64,000 nt of DNA from Azolla caroliniana (Eukaryota; Plantae; Polypodiophyta). Below, piece by piece: positions 1 to 12,501 of the stretch. The stretch lies in the NCBI GenBank assembly GCA_043228905.1, contig JBHGNT010000010.1, forward strand, positions 9,858,001-9,922,000, given 5' to 3'. Within the stretch, counting starts at the first letter, position 1. Each line of letters opens with the position of its first letter. A program made the translations under genes and the position numbers. Below the pieces are notes generated by a model. That model ran no database searches. It was not told the origin of the DNA and was given only the letters and a program-made list of their open reading frames with translations.

Positions 1-2910
1 CATTCTTCTTCGGAACTGTGAACCATCAATTTGAGTACGGAGCGTTTGATGGATCTAGAATCCCCATCATCACCTTCTCCTTGAGCAAGTCAATGATTTT
101 CGGAATATGCACCTTTGGCACCGGAATCGGCTTTAGGTTCCACGGCACATGTTCAATCATGAAGATCACCATTGGCTCCACTATCTTCGAATAAACGCAA
201 CCTATCTCTTTTGATGAGAATGTGAATGCTTTGCCATGCTGCTCCAACATCTCTCGAAATCATTCTTCTTCATTTTGTAAGAGGAACCTACCTCCACCAC
301 TCCGGAGTTTCTTCTAGGTTTCATCTGTAAATGTATGTCCAATATCCATGGACTTCTGAAGTGTCGGATCTCCCGATATTTCTTTCCTCTTTTGTTCACT
401 ATTGGCAGGTAACGGTCCCACTGACGGTTTCACCTATTCCACGGTCTTATATTTTGTACATTGCTTCTTCTTTGCGGAGTGCATCCAGCCCCATTTCTGC
501 AATGATCTCATACATCTCGACCAATTCCACTGGAACTACCCGGTCTCCAGGCTATCCTCTTCCACAAGCTCTTCAAGCCGTTGTAGCGTGCTCCCATATA
601 ACATTTTTTCGACTACTCCCATGATTTCTTCATCTTCTTTTATTATTAATACAAACCGTAGCTCATCTTGCATCTTCCGGAGTTCTTTCTTCATTTCTCC
701 GGTCACAACCATGTATGTAGATGCCACATTCGAACTTATTCGCACTTGTATTGCTCCGAGATTTTGCTCTTGTTTGGGGTATCATGGCTTCTTGGACTAT
801 CACTTCCCCACTCCGCGACAATCCTCTTTAAAAATCCCATTTTGTCTAGGACAAGAGCTCGCTCTTGTTCCTTTCGTGATTCGACGGCATGGTTTGGAAT
901 TGAATAGGTTTCCCACTTGGCTCCAAATTCGTGCAAAAGCCGCTCCGTTGTCAAGCACTTTGGTTTCCATCCGCGAAGCCGTGATGAAGGGTTGCCTGAG
1001 GATCATGGAATGTGAGACCTCATCTTGCATGAAGAAATTTTGGTCAATCTCCACATCTCTGATCTTCACCATCACATCCAGACAAGCTGCAAATAGATCT
1101 TCCATTGCTTTTATGGCTGCCTGAATCTTCCATCCATGACTGGTGTTAATAGGTCACTTCCCCTTCCGGTAGAACTCCTTAGACATCTGATTGATCTTCG
1201 ATCCATGATCAATCAACGCAACTACAGGCTCTTTGATGTTTCCAATTCGGACCAGAGTTTTCGTAGTTGCTCGTGCCCAGTGTGGCTTTGTGTAGTGGGA
1301 GTTCGGAATTTCGTCCTCCGCTTCCGCTTCTATGTTGTTCATTAGAATAGTATTCTCATTCACCCTTGGAGCATTTGAATCTTCCGTATCTTGCCTCTTT
1401 CTTTTTACGAGATCCACAAGGAGATCGTAGAACTCCTTCGCAATTCTGAGCAATTCTCGGAGGGAAAATTCCACCCGACTATGAAGGATTCTCTCTTCGA
1501 ACACCTTCTTTAGATCCGTATGTTGTTCGATGTCTGACATGAGTTTGAATGCCGGAATCGTTTTCCCTTTTCCTTTCCCTTCAGAGTTCCAGCTCTCCGG
1601 TGTCTTCAATGGTTCGGCCGCATCACTCGTGCATCATCACTTCTCATCTACATACACCTCATGTAATTGACATAAGGCGTATATGCTACTTTTATCTATG
1701 GGGCACTCCCATCCCGTAGCTTCCTAGTTGCCTTCCGCCGTGCTCCGGATTTCACCAGAGTCGGTTTTCTCGAAAATTTCTAGCACGTCCGGCCAGAAAG
1801 ATGCCTTCACTCTAGATGTCTCACCTACACGTATTCCCGTGGTTGTCGCATAATTACTTTTTGCCGCTATCTCCTCGTCTAGGACCTTCTTCATGCCGCC
1901 TTTTCGGAAGTTAGGCCGGAGTGGCTTCCGAGAGTCCATCGAATGGATCCGATTTCCCTCATAGTAGATGAGATCCCTTCGTAGAGCCTCCTTGCGTTCA
2001 TCGCAATCCTTCCGATCATGTTCGGTGCTATCACACCATATGCACCGATGGTCCATATACTTGGAATTTGAAGGACGGTCTTCTGATTTCTTCACCATGG
2101 CAAATTTAAGATTCTCCATCTCCTTTAGCAACTACTCCAACGCAGTTACATCGATTCCCTTCTTGGTCGTAGTCTCTCGAGCTCGTGGTTGGTGGTCTTC
2201 TACTACGAACCTCAGCCTCAACATCAATTCCATAGTCCTCTTTTCTTCATCACCGAGCCATTGCGCCCTCTTTGTGTATCGAGCGACGATGTCCCATACA
2301 TTTTCCCATGTATTGGTGAGGCCACTCTCAATAGTCGTATCCTCTAGAAGCACTCCAAGATCTTTCCAATTCTAGACATCCACAGCTCGTAAAAACATGA
2401 TCACTTTGTCCGGTACGAGGATAGCTTGACCTCTCGTGAACAACCTCCCGAATCGATTTTCGAATGCCGAAAACACATCGAGGACCTTCAACCCCTTGTC
2501 TAGTGTTTCCACCCAATCTTTGAATCCCCTTTGTGTTACCTTGGAGGAGTCCTCGATAGTGAATGTGGTCTTCAATGCTTCTTCAAGCATCACCCACGCC
2601 AGATTTTGTTGTCGTATCCCATGGATACTCCTTTGAAGCCCATCCGTAGCCACCCGATTGAAGGAGGTCACTTGTAATCCTTCCGATATCCCGCATCGCA
2701 ACATCTCCACCTTGTAGTCCCATAGATAACGTGACACGTCATTTCCATCCAATTACTCGTTCCGTTGCAAGAGTCACTCCACTGTCACTACGACCTCTGA
2801 CATCACGCGTTGCTCCTGCGACATCCGTTTGAACATTGTCATCATGTTGCTCGCCTCTTGTCGATTCTCCATCTCCTTACCACCCGGTTTCACATCGAGT
2901 TCACCAAATG
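1..2910 (-). mobile_element. Degenerate Ty3/gypsy LTR retrotransposon H, internal region (gag, protease, start of RT); continues off the left edge; same family as element B
   Basis: Minus-strand fragments: gag (DGNDVSRYLWDYKVEMLR, 2372-2752), Zn-knuckle-like CIWCDSTEHDRKDC, protease-like ALIDHGSKIN (1154-1609), RT start HVPWNLKPIPVP (26-250, the same motif as element B). Many stops and frameshifts. Confidence 0.9.
2889..2906 (-). other. Primer-binding site complementary to tRNA-Trp 3' end (element H)
   Basis: Minus strand TGGTGAACTCGATGTGAA, 4 nt from an LTR-like TGTCA terminus at 2911. Near-identical to the PBS of element B (50146-50163). The match to plant tRNA-Trp (...UCACGUCGGGUUCACCA) is from memory. 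Confidence 0.75.
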
Positions 2911-3674
2911 TGTCATGCCTTTGGGTGCCGGATTGTTGCGTGAGTCCGGTGGGAACCACTGGGGTTTTAGACTGGAAGGATGAGGAATTTGAGGCAAATA
3001 AGAATATAATATTGAAAGAGAGAGATGTAGAAAACCTCGTGAATTCCATGAGTATATTATATTAGATTAATCAACCCTTAGAACCCTAATAGTAGATTGG
3101 AATAGATTAGAAAAGATAGATCGAAAAATCGTGAATCGCACGAGTATAGTAAATTAGATCAATATTTAGAAATCCTATTAATACCCAAGAATCAACAACC
3201 ACAATACATCTTTTTCTTCCCTTCATATAGTGATGGAAGAGGCTAAGTATAGCTTACCACATGGCAAGCATAATGTTTTCTCTAAAGTGTTCATGCACAC
3301 TGTGCATGAATCCCTTTTTCTATCATGCTTTTTCTTCTAATTATAGTGCTCATGCACGCTAGATGTGCATGAATAGTTTTTTCTATCATGCATTTTCTTC
3401 TAACTAAAGTTGTATGCACACTACATGTGTATAAGTAGCTTTTTCTAGAATTTATACTTAAGGATAAGGTTTTCTAAATATTAAATCCATAATTATATCA
3501 CTCATTATGAGTTGGTACAATGGTAAGGTTTTGTTTTTACATGGAGATATAGGGTTTGAATCCTACCCTATGCATGTAACGTATATTTTAGTAATTTCTT
3601 CTATTTCTTTATTTTTATTTAATCGGGTATTCCATACGTTTTTTACGTAGTGTACGAATTACACTACGATGACG
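2911..3674 (-). repeat. Probable 5' LTR of element H (right boundary uncertain)
   Basis: Starts TGTCATG adjacent to the PBS and resembles the element B LTR start (GGGAACCACTGGGGTTTTAGACTG vs GGGACCATCGGGGTCTTGGACCG). The right end is guessed at GATGACG 3668-3674. Its partner LTR is outside the window. Confidence 0.5.
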
Positions 3675-3779
3675 GCTCTTATTTTGGTTGGACTTAATCA
3701 TTTAAATCTTCTTCTTGTTGACTTAGAACTTCAAATTTATTTGAAAGACTTGGACTACTAAGCTTGTTAGATACTCCCA

Positions 3780-4545
3780 ATGAAATAGACTTGGTTTTAT
3801 CAATAGCAACAACTTGATTTACCCGACGTATGGGCCTATGGGGACAATTTACTACAATATGCATTAGGCCACCACAATATAAACATAGGTGGTTTGCTCG
3901 ACATCATTGCATTTCTTCTTCTAACAATGGTCCACGACAACATCTTGCATAAGGAGTAAATATTTTACTCCATTGAGTAACCCGAACGGGAATTGCTCCA
4001 TCAATGCTTCATCATCTCATGGAATATCAGTTGTGAGTAAACGAAAATTGGCAGCATAGGCTAAGGCTGAACGATCCCCTTGACGTGGTCTTTGAATTTT
4101 GTTGAATTTTGTTCTAACACTATCGATATCTCCAAAACATGCTTAGAACACACTAATGAACCACTCAAAGTTATTTAACAAAGGCTATTCTTTTTCCAAC
4201 AAAGGGGCAAAGCCATGCTACTATTGTACCGCTTAGTAATGTGCCTACTAACACCACTTGTGATGTATTGGTTGGATATCAAGAAGGATGCATTTGAATT
4301 ACTAAACATACTTGGTTGAGGAACCCTCTAAACTATGACCACTTCCATCAAACTTCATGGGAAGACTAATCTGGGTTCTTTAAGAATCCCTTAAGTACTT
4401 GTTCCTTGTTGTTGTAACGACATGATAGTTATTTGTTGCACTCATAGCGTCAACTCCTCACATTGTTGTTTTTCTATGGTGATTTGTTGTAGATCACCCA
4501 ACAAATGTTGATTTTCTTCTTCCAATGCTACGAACTTTCCTTTTA
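3780..4545 (-). pseudogene. Degenerate chromovirus-type (Tcn1-like) Ty3/gypsy gag remnant
   Basis: Minus strand across frameshifts reads EPRISLPMKFDGS..RGFLNQ..QVVLVGTLLSGTIVAW.APLLEK..LLNNFEWF, then a CLYCGGLMHIVVNCP knuckle (~3840-3885). An LTR-like TATA region (CTATAAATAG on minus) lies near 4735. Confidence 0.7.
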
Positions 4546-6562
4546 GGCTCTGAAACTTTGAAAGGACGAATTGAGAGGAGAGAGAGAATGTGAGAGAATC
4601 ACAACATAGAGAGAGGGAGAGAAGTATGATAAAAGGAAGTATATTATAAGAAAATGAGTACAAGGATAGGAACAATTTAGAGGCTTAGGATTGGCATTGA
4701 ACCGAATTGATTGTGAATAGTACAATATGCCTCTATTTATAGGGAATTCAAGAGTATTCCTAAAGTTTCTAGAGTACTCATGAATTTTCTATATTATTCT
4801 GGAAAGTTTTAGGTGAAATAGAAAATGAAAATAATATTTTATGTATTACAATATTTATCTTAATGGTAAGGCCTCGATTAGTGTGCCATAAGTTCGCGAG
4901 TTTAAAATTTATATTATGACACTTCTTTGCCTTTGGAGCCCCAACCTCTTCCTTCATATGAGCATCTCAAATAGTTTTCCCAATCCTTCTTCTTTTGCCA
5001 ATTATGGCCATGTTTCCAAAAATATCTAAAATCTTTGCGATCAAAGAGAAAAGTGACCCATTGGGTACTTTGTTGTCAACTTTGTGAATTGTGCATCGGA
5101 ACCATTGGGATTCCAAACAAGGAGAGATATAGAGGCAGGAAATAAAATAAATTCGAAAGATTGAGAGGAATTGGGAGTGAGAAAGAAAGGGAGAGAATAG
5201 AATTCGAGAAACCGACACATAAGTAGTGTTAGAAAATCAAGAGATTGCTTAGATTATTAAAATATATATAAGTACAATATAGATGAGTGAACCCTAAATC
5301 CAAATATTCAAAACCTCAAACGCGACTTACATATACCTCTCCAAAGACTCTTTGCATGCAATTCATGTACTGCCACATGGTATGCATGCAAAGTACCATG
5401 TGATCTATTTTTTGTCAATTGATCTTTCAATAGACTTCACAAAGGTTCAATGTGGATACGAATTCAATATCCAATGCTTACATCACACATTGGAGATTTA
5501 GACCTTTGCACTTATAGGGCTAAACTATCTAACATTTGTTATTCTCGTTAGAAATTCTATTTGTGTAGTATTTACTTCACAATAACACATTGTTAGATAA
5601 ATAAGTTACCTTGTGGTGAGTTCAAAAAGACCTTTGTGGTGGATAAATATGTATCTTGTGGTTTGAGTGAATGAAGTAGGAACTAAATGATTGTAATTGC
5701 CAATCCCATAAATTTCTCAATGGGATACATGCCTGCCCGACAAGTTTTGGCGATAACATACACACAAGCGATGAAGACACACAAAAGGGTAATGATTTAT
5801 ATTTAGTATAAGCTCATTTGCTCAGTATATGATCACATAATCAACCACAATCGAGGCTAATTATTTGGGTGTTGGATGAGGGGTAAAGAATATAAAATAA
5901 ACAAGCTTACATTGACCTACTATCAAGTTCTTCTCCATTGGCATGCACAACTCCCCATTCTTGCTTACAATGCACGACTCGTGCTGACATGGTGGATTGT
6001 TGCGAGCACATTGCTTGTCTCAATTGGTTTGGGACAAAGGAATGACCATTGAGATTTCCCATAATCGAACTATAACATCCCTTGGAATCAATAGCTGAGA
6101 AGTTCTAATGATTGATTAGGTTTGTCTTGGGTAAGAGATGTGCTACATGTTGCCTTCATTGTCTAGTAGATACAATTGTGTCCATCTATATTAAGAAGTT
6201 GTGGGCCACATTGACATGGATTTCCCATGTGGGCACTCAAGCTATAAGGCCAGAGGAGGCATATAAGAAAGTGGAATACCACTAGTGCTTCAGCATCGGC
6301 ATGGCGGGGGCAAATCAACGGGGCCAAATATGTATGTGAAGGAAAAAAGAGAGCGCGTGTGGCCAACGAGTCTACTGCCGAGATGAGTATGAATGTGGCG
6401 AGGTCTGTAATAAAAAAAAAATATAGCCATTCTGTAGACTGTAGGACTACAAACTACACAGCTAATTCTAGGGTGCACCCCATCATCATCATCTTATCCA
6501 TTTTGTCTGTAGCCCATCTTTGCCCCCTCCCCCCCACCCCAAACCCAGCGACCGACACAATC

Positions 6563-9500
6563 ATGGTGGGCTCAGGTGCTAACCCTAACCCTAACCCTAA
6601 CCCTAACCCTAAGATTCTTCTGACCAAGCCTGGCTCTTCCCGGCCTGACCAGGGCGGCGGATCGGCCCCTTCTGCCCCTCACCACGTCGTAAAGCTCATG
6701 CGCATCAACGATCATCGCGCCGATGAAGACTTAGCTCCCGCAGCATCTGCAGCTGCCGCCGCTGCCGCCGCTCGATCGAACCGTCTCTCCCTGCACGGAT
6801 CCCTCAGCCTCATCTCGGAGTCATGGGAGATCTATCCTGATCGTCTTCTTCCGGTAAGTCTTTTCATGAGGTCGGAGTGCTAGTCGTTCTTTGTTGTTTT
6901 AGAAGAAACCGCTGTTTAGAAGAGAGAAGAAAAGAAAAACTGGGACCGAAACAAGAGTATGAGAAACATGTGCAGCATGTGACTTCTTGGTATCTTGAAC
7001 AAAAGCCAATGAGAGAGAAAGAGATTTGTAACATAGTTGGTAAGGTTTCCCGGCATGCATATCAGAAAGTCATGCGTTCAACCCCTACATTCTGTTATGG
7101 CATCTAGTCTAATAGTACATATAGTAAAAATTTGAACCCACGTGCAACGGCTAGTAAAATTGTAGCTTACTACTAGTATACAACCTAAGAGAGAGTTGCA
7201 AATGATGATGGTGAGCTGCCTTTTTAAAATAGAAACAAAGATTAAACAAATGCAGGTTAATTATAAGGCTATTTGTGAAGATTGGAAGGTCATATGTTTA
7301 ACCTAAACTAAGATTTGAACCCATGTGCGTGGGTTCATAAAATATGCCTTAACAATCTGAATATAGAAGGAAAGGAGGGGGAAGAGATGGAGTTAGAGCA
7401 TATCTACGAAATTTGAAGGGAGTACTGATGTGGCAATTTTGTTTATTGCATCAAGCCAAAATTCTTTCTTTAGTGGAGTGTTTGTATTGCCTATTGGCGA
7501 TTCAACATGACCCATTATCCCTGTAGTGGTAACCACACTCAATCATGGTACCGTTGTAGTGTTTTTCACACACATTTATTAATACAATTGTGTGTTTTCA
7601 CCAGAGAGAGAGAGAGATGTGTTAATATCTCACAGAGGCCAAGACAGCCCCCATAAAATACAAGAAGAGATTGCAACCAAACACGTTCATCACATCTGTG
7701 AGAACAATGAACAAATTGGAGCAATTGAAAGCATTTTAAGACTATGTGATTTTGTAAAACATTTTTTAGCTTTCTGAGAAGGCTTTGATATTTGTGCAGC
7801 TCCTATCAGAGAACACAGATTTTACGGTGATTGGTGTGTTGGGAGCCCCAGGTGTTGGCAAGTCAACTATCATGAATGAACTCTATGGTTTTGATTCTAT
7901 ATCTCCAGGTCCGTTTCTCATTATTAATCATCTGTTCCCTTTGCATGAATGAAATAATAGGAAATCATGAGAAAATATTGCAAATTTTCAGGATTTCAGG
8001 TTTCAATATTGTCTCTCCAAATTGGTGTTTAGAACATTTTCATAACAGTGAGCTAAGTTTCGTTTTTATGCATGAAATAATAGGACATTATGCATGAGAA
8101 TATACCACCACGCAATATTTGCTAACAGTGAACATCTGGTCATAATGCTATCTGGCTGAGTTTTTATCTCAATAATGAAAAAATAGGAAATCATGAGAAA
8201 TCCTCAAATGTTCATAGAATTTAGTTGGACTTTGTTCCCTTCATAGTTATCTGCTATTGGTAAGTTAAAAACTTCAACTTTAGAGCAGTAAATTTTGTTG
8301 TGGTCTTTATTCTAGATGATTTCAGGTTTCAAATATTTATATATTTCAGGTGTTCCTCCTCCTTTTTCTGTCCTTTCTGATGAAACCAAGGCAATGGCAA
8401 GACATTGTAGTGTTGGAGTGGAGCTGAGAATGTGTGCTGAACGGTTTATCTTACTGGATACTCAGGTTAATCAAATTGCAGTTGATGTTAAATATGAACA
8501 GTATGCACATCCCAAGATCATATTTTGAATTGGCTAACTGCTTATGCTGTTCTCTTGGGGCCACAGCCTTTATTCAGTGCCTCCATCTTAGCAGATTTAA
8601 TGCGGCCAGATGGATCTTCATCAATCTCTGTGCTGACCGGAGAAACTCTATCTGCTGAGTTAGCTCATGAGATGATGGGTATTCAGGTATTCTATTCGAT
8701 GAAACTTCATCTGTAAAAATCTCTTTCAGTCATTCATGTTTGCCTTTCAATGCTGCAATGCAAGGGCCTGCTGTAGCTTGGAGTTTTCTTGGCCTCAGTT
8801 TGCCATGTACTTCTTCTTGTAGCCGAGGGACTTCATGACATCAGCTTGTGGCGTTTGATGCTGACGGTAGGTTCAACTCTCAAAACAATTGAAAGATACA
8901 ACAGGATTATATATAAATAACATGGTTAGTGCCTTGAAAAAGCCATTGGTTTCAGTAAATCGTCTTTCAAGAGATTTTACCTGAGGTGTGAGTCATAATC
9001 ATTCCTTGCCTGAATGAAAATTAAAAGCTAATGTAGGATTGAGGTAAAATAGATAATTGTTGCATTGTAAAACTCAAAATATGTTTTGCCTCAATCCCGC
9101 TTGTCTACTGCCCAAGACTGTTTTTGTTTAATACAATGTAGTGTGGAAAATGAATTTGTGAAGCTAAATTTTAAGGAGAAAGTGTGAGTAAAGTGTTATT
9201 GTAATGATCTCAGGGTCAAATTGTGAATGTTAAGGGTTGTAGAAAATGAATTTATGGAACCATTTTTTTGGGAGAATTTATTCGTTCGTTAACGCATAGG
9301 CATAATGAGCTCAAAGTCAAATATAAATGATTTTTATGACAAACATTCAATTAGATGTCTTAGACTTGAACTGATGAAATTAAAGGCTTTATATGTTATA
9401 AGATTGACCATCACACTATCACGTTAATGTCTTGCAGGTGGAAATGCTGAAGCAAGGTATCCCTGATCCTAGCCTTATCAACTTGGCTTCAAATGGCAGT

Positions 9501-10287
9501 CATGTGCATCTGATCTCAGGAGATAAAGATGAAGAGGATGGGATACAGGAAGATATTGCTGAATTCTTTGCAGACACGATCTTTATCCATACAAAGTTGG
9601 TAACTGTAACATCAACATTTGAAGCAAGCTGTGTTTGAAACATCAGGAAAATATATTTTGTTTTTGTCTCATTGCAGAGCTGAGAACTTTTTGCATAAAA
9701 TGATGGCCATGTAGGCTGCGGGAGCATGAGTGCTCCTGGTATAACATCAAGTGTTTGAAGAAGGCATTGTCGTTGTACTTCCCAGCCCCTGCATTTCGAA
9801 GGAATGGTGCTGTACAGTATGTATTACCTCAGTTCTCTTCAAGGGCCCAGATGAACAAAGATCCAGTGAATCCTCAAAATAGTCCTAGTGGTGAAGAAGA
9901 TGATGATAAAGACAAAGATTCTGAGGATGAGGAGAAAGGAGGGGTTAGCTATTTTGTTCTTCCACTACGGTCCTCTGATGATGCAGTAAAGCTACAACAT
10001 GAGAGCTATACAGTGATGCTGGGGCAGCTGCGTGACCAGGTTCTTCTTATCATTTGTGCTTAGCGTGTTGATTTATTGTTTGGTGGGAAATACAACATAA
10101 CAATGCAGGCATACTGCCTGCCTTTTTATCACAGATTTTGAATATGAATCGTCGGCCTTTCGCAAGGCCTATGAGTGAACGTGATTGGTTGCGGAATTCT
10201 GCGCGTATATGGGACTCAATAAAGAAGTCACCTGTTCTGGTTGATTACTGCAAAACATTGCAGCATTCAGGTTTATATAGAAGATAA
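6563..10287 (+). CDS. SMG9: SMG9 nonsense-mediated mRNA decay factor (P-loop NTPase), 8 exons, about 453 aa
   Basis: Exons 6563-6853, 7800-7908, 8350-8465, 8567-8686, 8777-8866, 9438-9595, 9715-10039, 10135-10287. All introns are GT-AG and phases join into one open frame. Motifs: PKILLTKPG, FTVIGVLGAPGVGKSTIMNELYG (Walker A), ERFILLDTQPLFS, FLASVCHVLLLV, IFIHTKL, SERDWLRNSARIWDSIKKSP. Confidence 0.93.
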
Positions 10288-10872
10288 TGAATCCTAAACC
10301 TTTGTAGAAATGTGATAGACTGTATATTGATCGGTTTCTCTTCACCCTGTTAAGTGGGGATTGTTGGTAAATGGCCTAGAAAGTCCTAAGGATACAGGTG
10401 ATGTGCCGAGACAAGTAATCTTTAAAAAAACTTGCGAGAAATCACATATTCCATCTCCCCTTGTCTCACCTGTTTACACACACTCACATTCATATGCATA
10501 CTCACATATTAGATATATGTGCTTACATGTAAATATATGTTGTATGTATGCATGTACGCAATTGTGTTTATTGTATACAAATTATAACTACCCAATCTTT
10601 TGAATCATGCGTCACATCATGCATATCATGTTCACCTATAATTGTAATTAGACATTTCCCATCTATCATTCTCATTGAAGATCTCACTTTGCACTAATCA
10701 TTGATATCTACGTTCACACTCACACACACACATCAAAACATCAAAACATCTACATTTGAAACTTCTTGACTTATCGATTCCTATAAAAATTGTAGACATC
10801 ATGTGAGAACATTCACCATGTACTCTGAACACAAGACTTGCTTGACAATGGCCATTGTGGGTGTGTTATGAC

Positions 10873-11270
10873 TAAGTCTTTTCAAAAAGAAATACAGCTC
10901 TACAAGTTATTGTTGTGATTCATGTAAATCCTATGTTAACCTCATCAATATAACGTAAGCATTTTTTAAAGCACTGTTATCCTTCTAGACCGATAATTTC
11001 TTTCAATGCATTTTTTATGCATGGGATTATTGTTCATATAAATTTTGGTTTTTCATCATTTGCCTTTTGCTACATAGTATCTTTCATGAGTAAGACTTTT
11101 AAAAAGAAATACAGCCTAATGTATTGTTAATCCTACGTCAACCTCAGCAATGTAACTTCAGCATTTCTCGAGTATTGTTATACACTTGTTTAGGTTTTTG
11201 TCACGTATTAAGATCTTTCAATGCATGTGATTATTGTTCATATACATCCTGGTTTTTCATCATTCGTCTT
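10873..11270. repeat. Diverged direct duplication of about 200 bp (units start near 10873 and 11091)
   Basis: AAAAAGAAATACAGC..ATCCTA.GT.AACCTCA.CAA..TCTTTCAATGCAT..GATTATTGTTCATATA..GGTTTTTCATCATT occurs twice. Confidence 0.75.
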
Positions 11271-11281
11271 TGGAACATAAT

Positions 11282-11760
11282 TAACAATCGGCAATGGTTC
11301 GGTTCGGTTTGAGAAGGTTCAAACCGAACCGTTTAAAGTTTTTGAAACTTGAACCAAACCGAACCAAACCATGAAACCGAATCGATAAACATTTTTCTAA
11401 TTGTTAAACCATTAAACTGTAAAAATTGTGGTTTCGTGGTTCGGTTTCGGTTTTCAACATAGGTCAAATTTATAATTTTTAAAAATTTATAATATTTTAT
11501 TATTTAGAATTTTTAGAATTTTTAAGATGTTCCTAAAATGTGAGAATAAGGTGTAAAAATGAAAAGATTGTTAAAAAATAATTTTTAAAAAATTTAAGAA
11601 TTTTTTTATAATTTTTATAATTTAAAAAAAAATAAAAAAAAATAGAAACTGTTAAACTGTTTAAACCACGGTGTTTTATTGTTGAAACCAAACCTAAACT
11701 GAACCGTTGAAATCGTTAAGCTGTTAAACTGCGGTTTCGCGATTCGATTGTTGATTGTTA
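11282..11760. mobile_element. hAT-type MITE, 479 bp
   Basis: TIRs TAACAATCGGCAAT / ATTGTTGATTGTTA. Perfect 8-bp TSD AACATAAT at 11274-11281 and 11761-11768. Subterminal AAACCG/CGGTTT motifs and an AT-rich core. Confidence 0.88.
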
Positions 11761-11929
11761 AACATAATATCTTGGTTAAACCAAAGAGTACCTCAAATGC
11801 AATGGGAATGAGCATATCACGTTGGTTGTGAAACAGGCTTGGTAGGAAATCGTAAAGTGATAATGAGTCATGACATACAATCTCCATTGATATTTTAAGC
11901 ATGAGTAAATTGTTGTTTGGTACTTGATT

Positions 11930-12465
11930 CTAACATGGATTGTAACAATAAGTACAATTATATCTGCAATAATCATGGTAGCTAGAGTTATTGTGTATTG
12001 GTGTGCCGATGCAGTACTGAAGATGAGCTAGATGAGCTGGAGCACAACGGTTGCAGTAATGAAATGCTGGAAACCCCAAAAGGAATAGAGTTAAGGAAAA
12101 CAAAGAGTGAAACAAGAAATGTATATCTTATTTAGGAAAATTTATTATGCTATTTAGATATGATATGTGTGTGAAATAGTACATGAATGATATGCTGGAG
12201 ACGGTGGCGGAGCATTTGGATCCGTATTAATTGGTGGTGGTGCATCGAGAGGAGGCACAACTGGTGGAGGGTAGTGCTGATGAAGGCAACCAAGGAGGCA
12301 ACTCTTGCAACATGTATCGAGACAACCATCATGGGCAAGGGCAGGGTCACCTTGGTGGTTTTCGGTGCATATTTTCACAAAAAGGAAACAAAGTACGAGA
12401 AATGCCACCACCACCACCAACCCCAAGGACAACTCACTTACCAACTTCCCATTCAACTCCCACAT
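11930..12465 (-). CDS. Putative secreted or membrane-anchored Cys-rich protein with Pro-rich linker, 2 exons, 139 aa
   Basis: Exon 1 12465-12183, a 116-nt phase-1 GT-AG intron 12182-12067, exon 2 12066-11930. The joined protein has a hydrophobic N-terminus LSLGLVVVVAFLVLCFLFVKIC, then GCLDTCCKSCLLGC, a Pro-rich stretch, and CNRC...CRYNCTYCYNPC*. A (GA)n leader and a TATA-like sequence near 12525 lie upstream. Confidence 0.72.

Positions 12466-12501
<36 letters not shown>

Noticed and set aside
6359-6562. Upstream GTG-initiated extension of SMG9 in the ORF track
   Set aside because: Non-ATG start with low-complexity UTR-like sequence. The recognisable protein begins at ATG 6563.
6580-6612. 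True or interstitial telomere
   Set aside because: Only five units, and in frame within a coding exon.
12154-12465. CYSTM-family call for the Cys/Pro-rich ORF, and the overlapping plus-strand ORFs (12187-12775)
   Set aside because: The domain order is wrong for CYSTM (hydrophobic segment first, Pro-rich in the middle). The plus-strand ORFs run through a CT microsatellite and look like antisense shadows.
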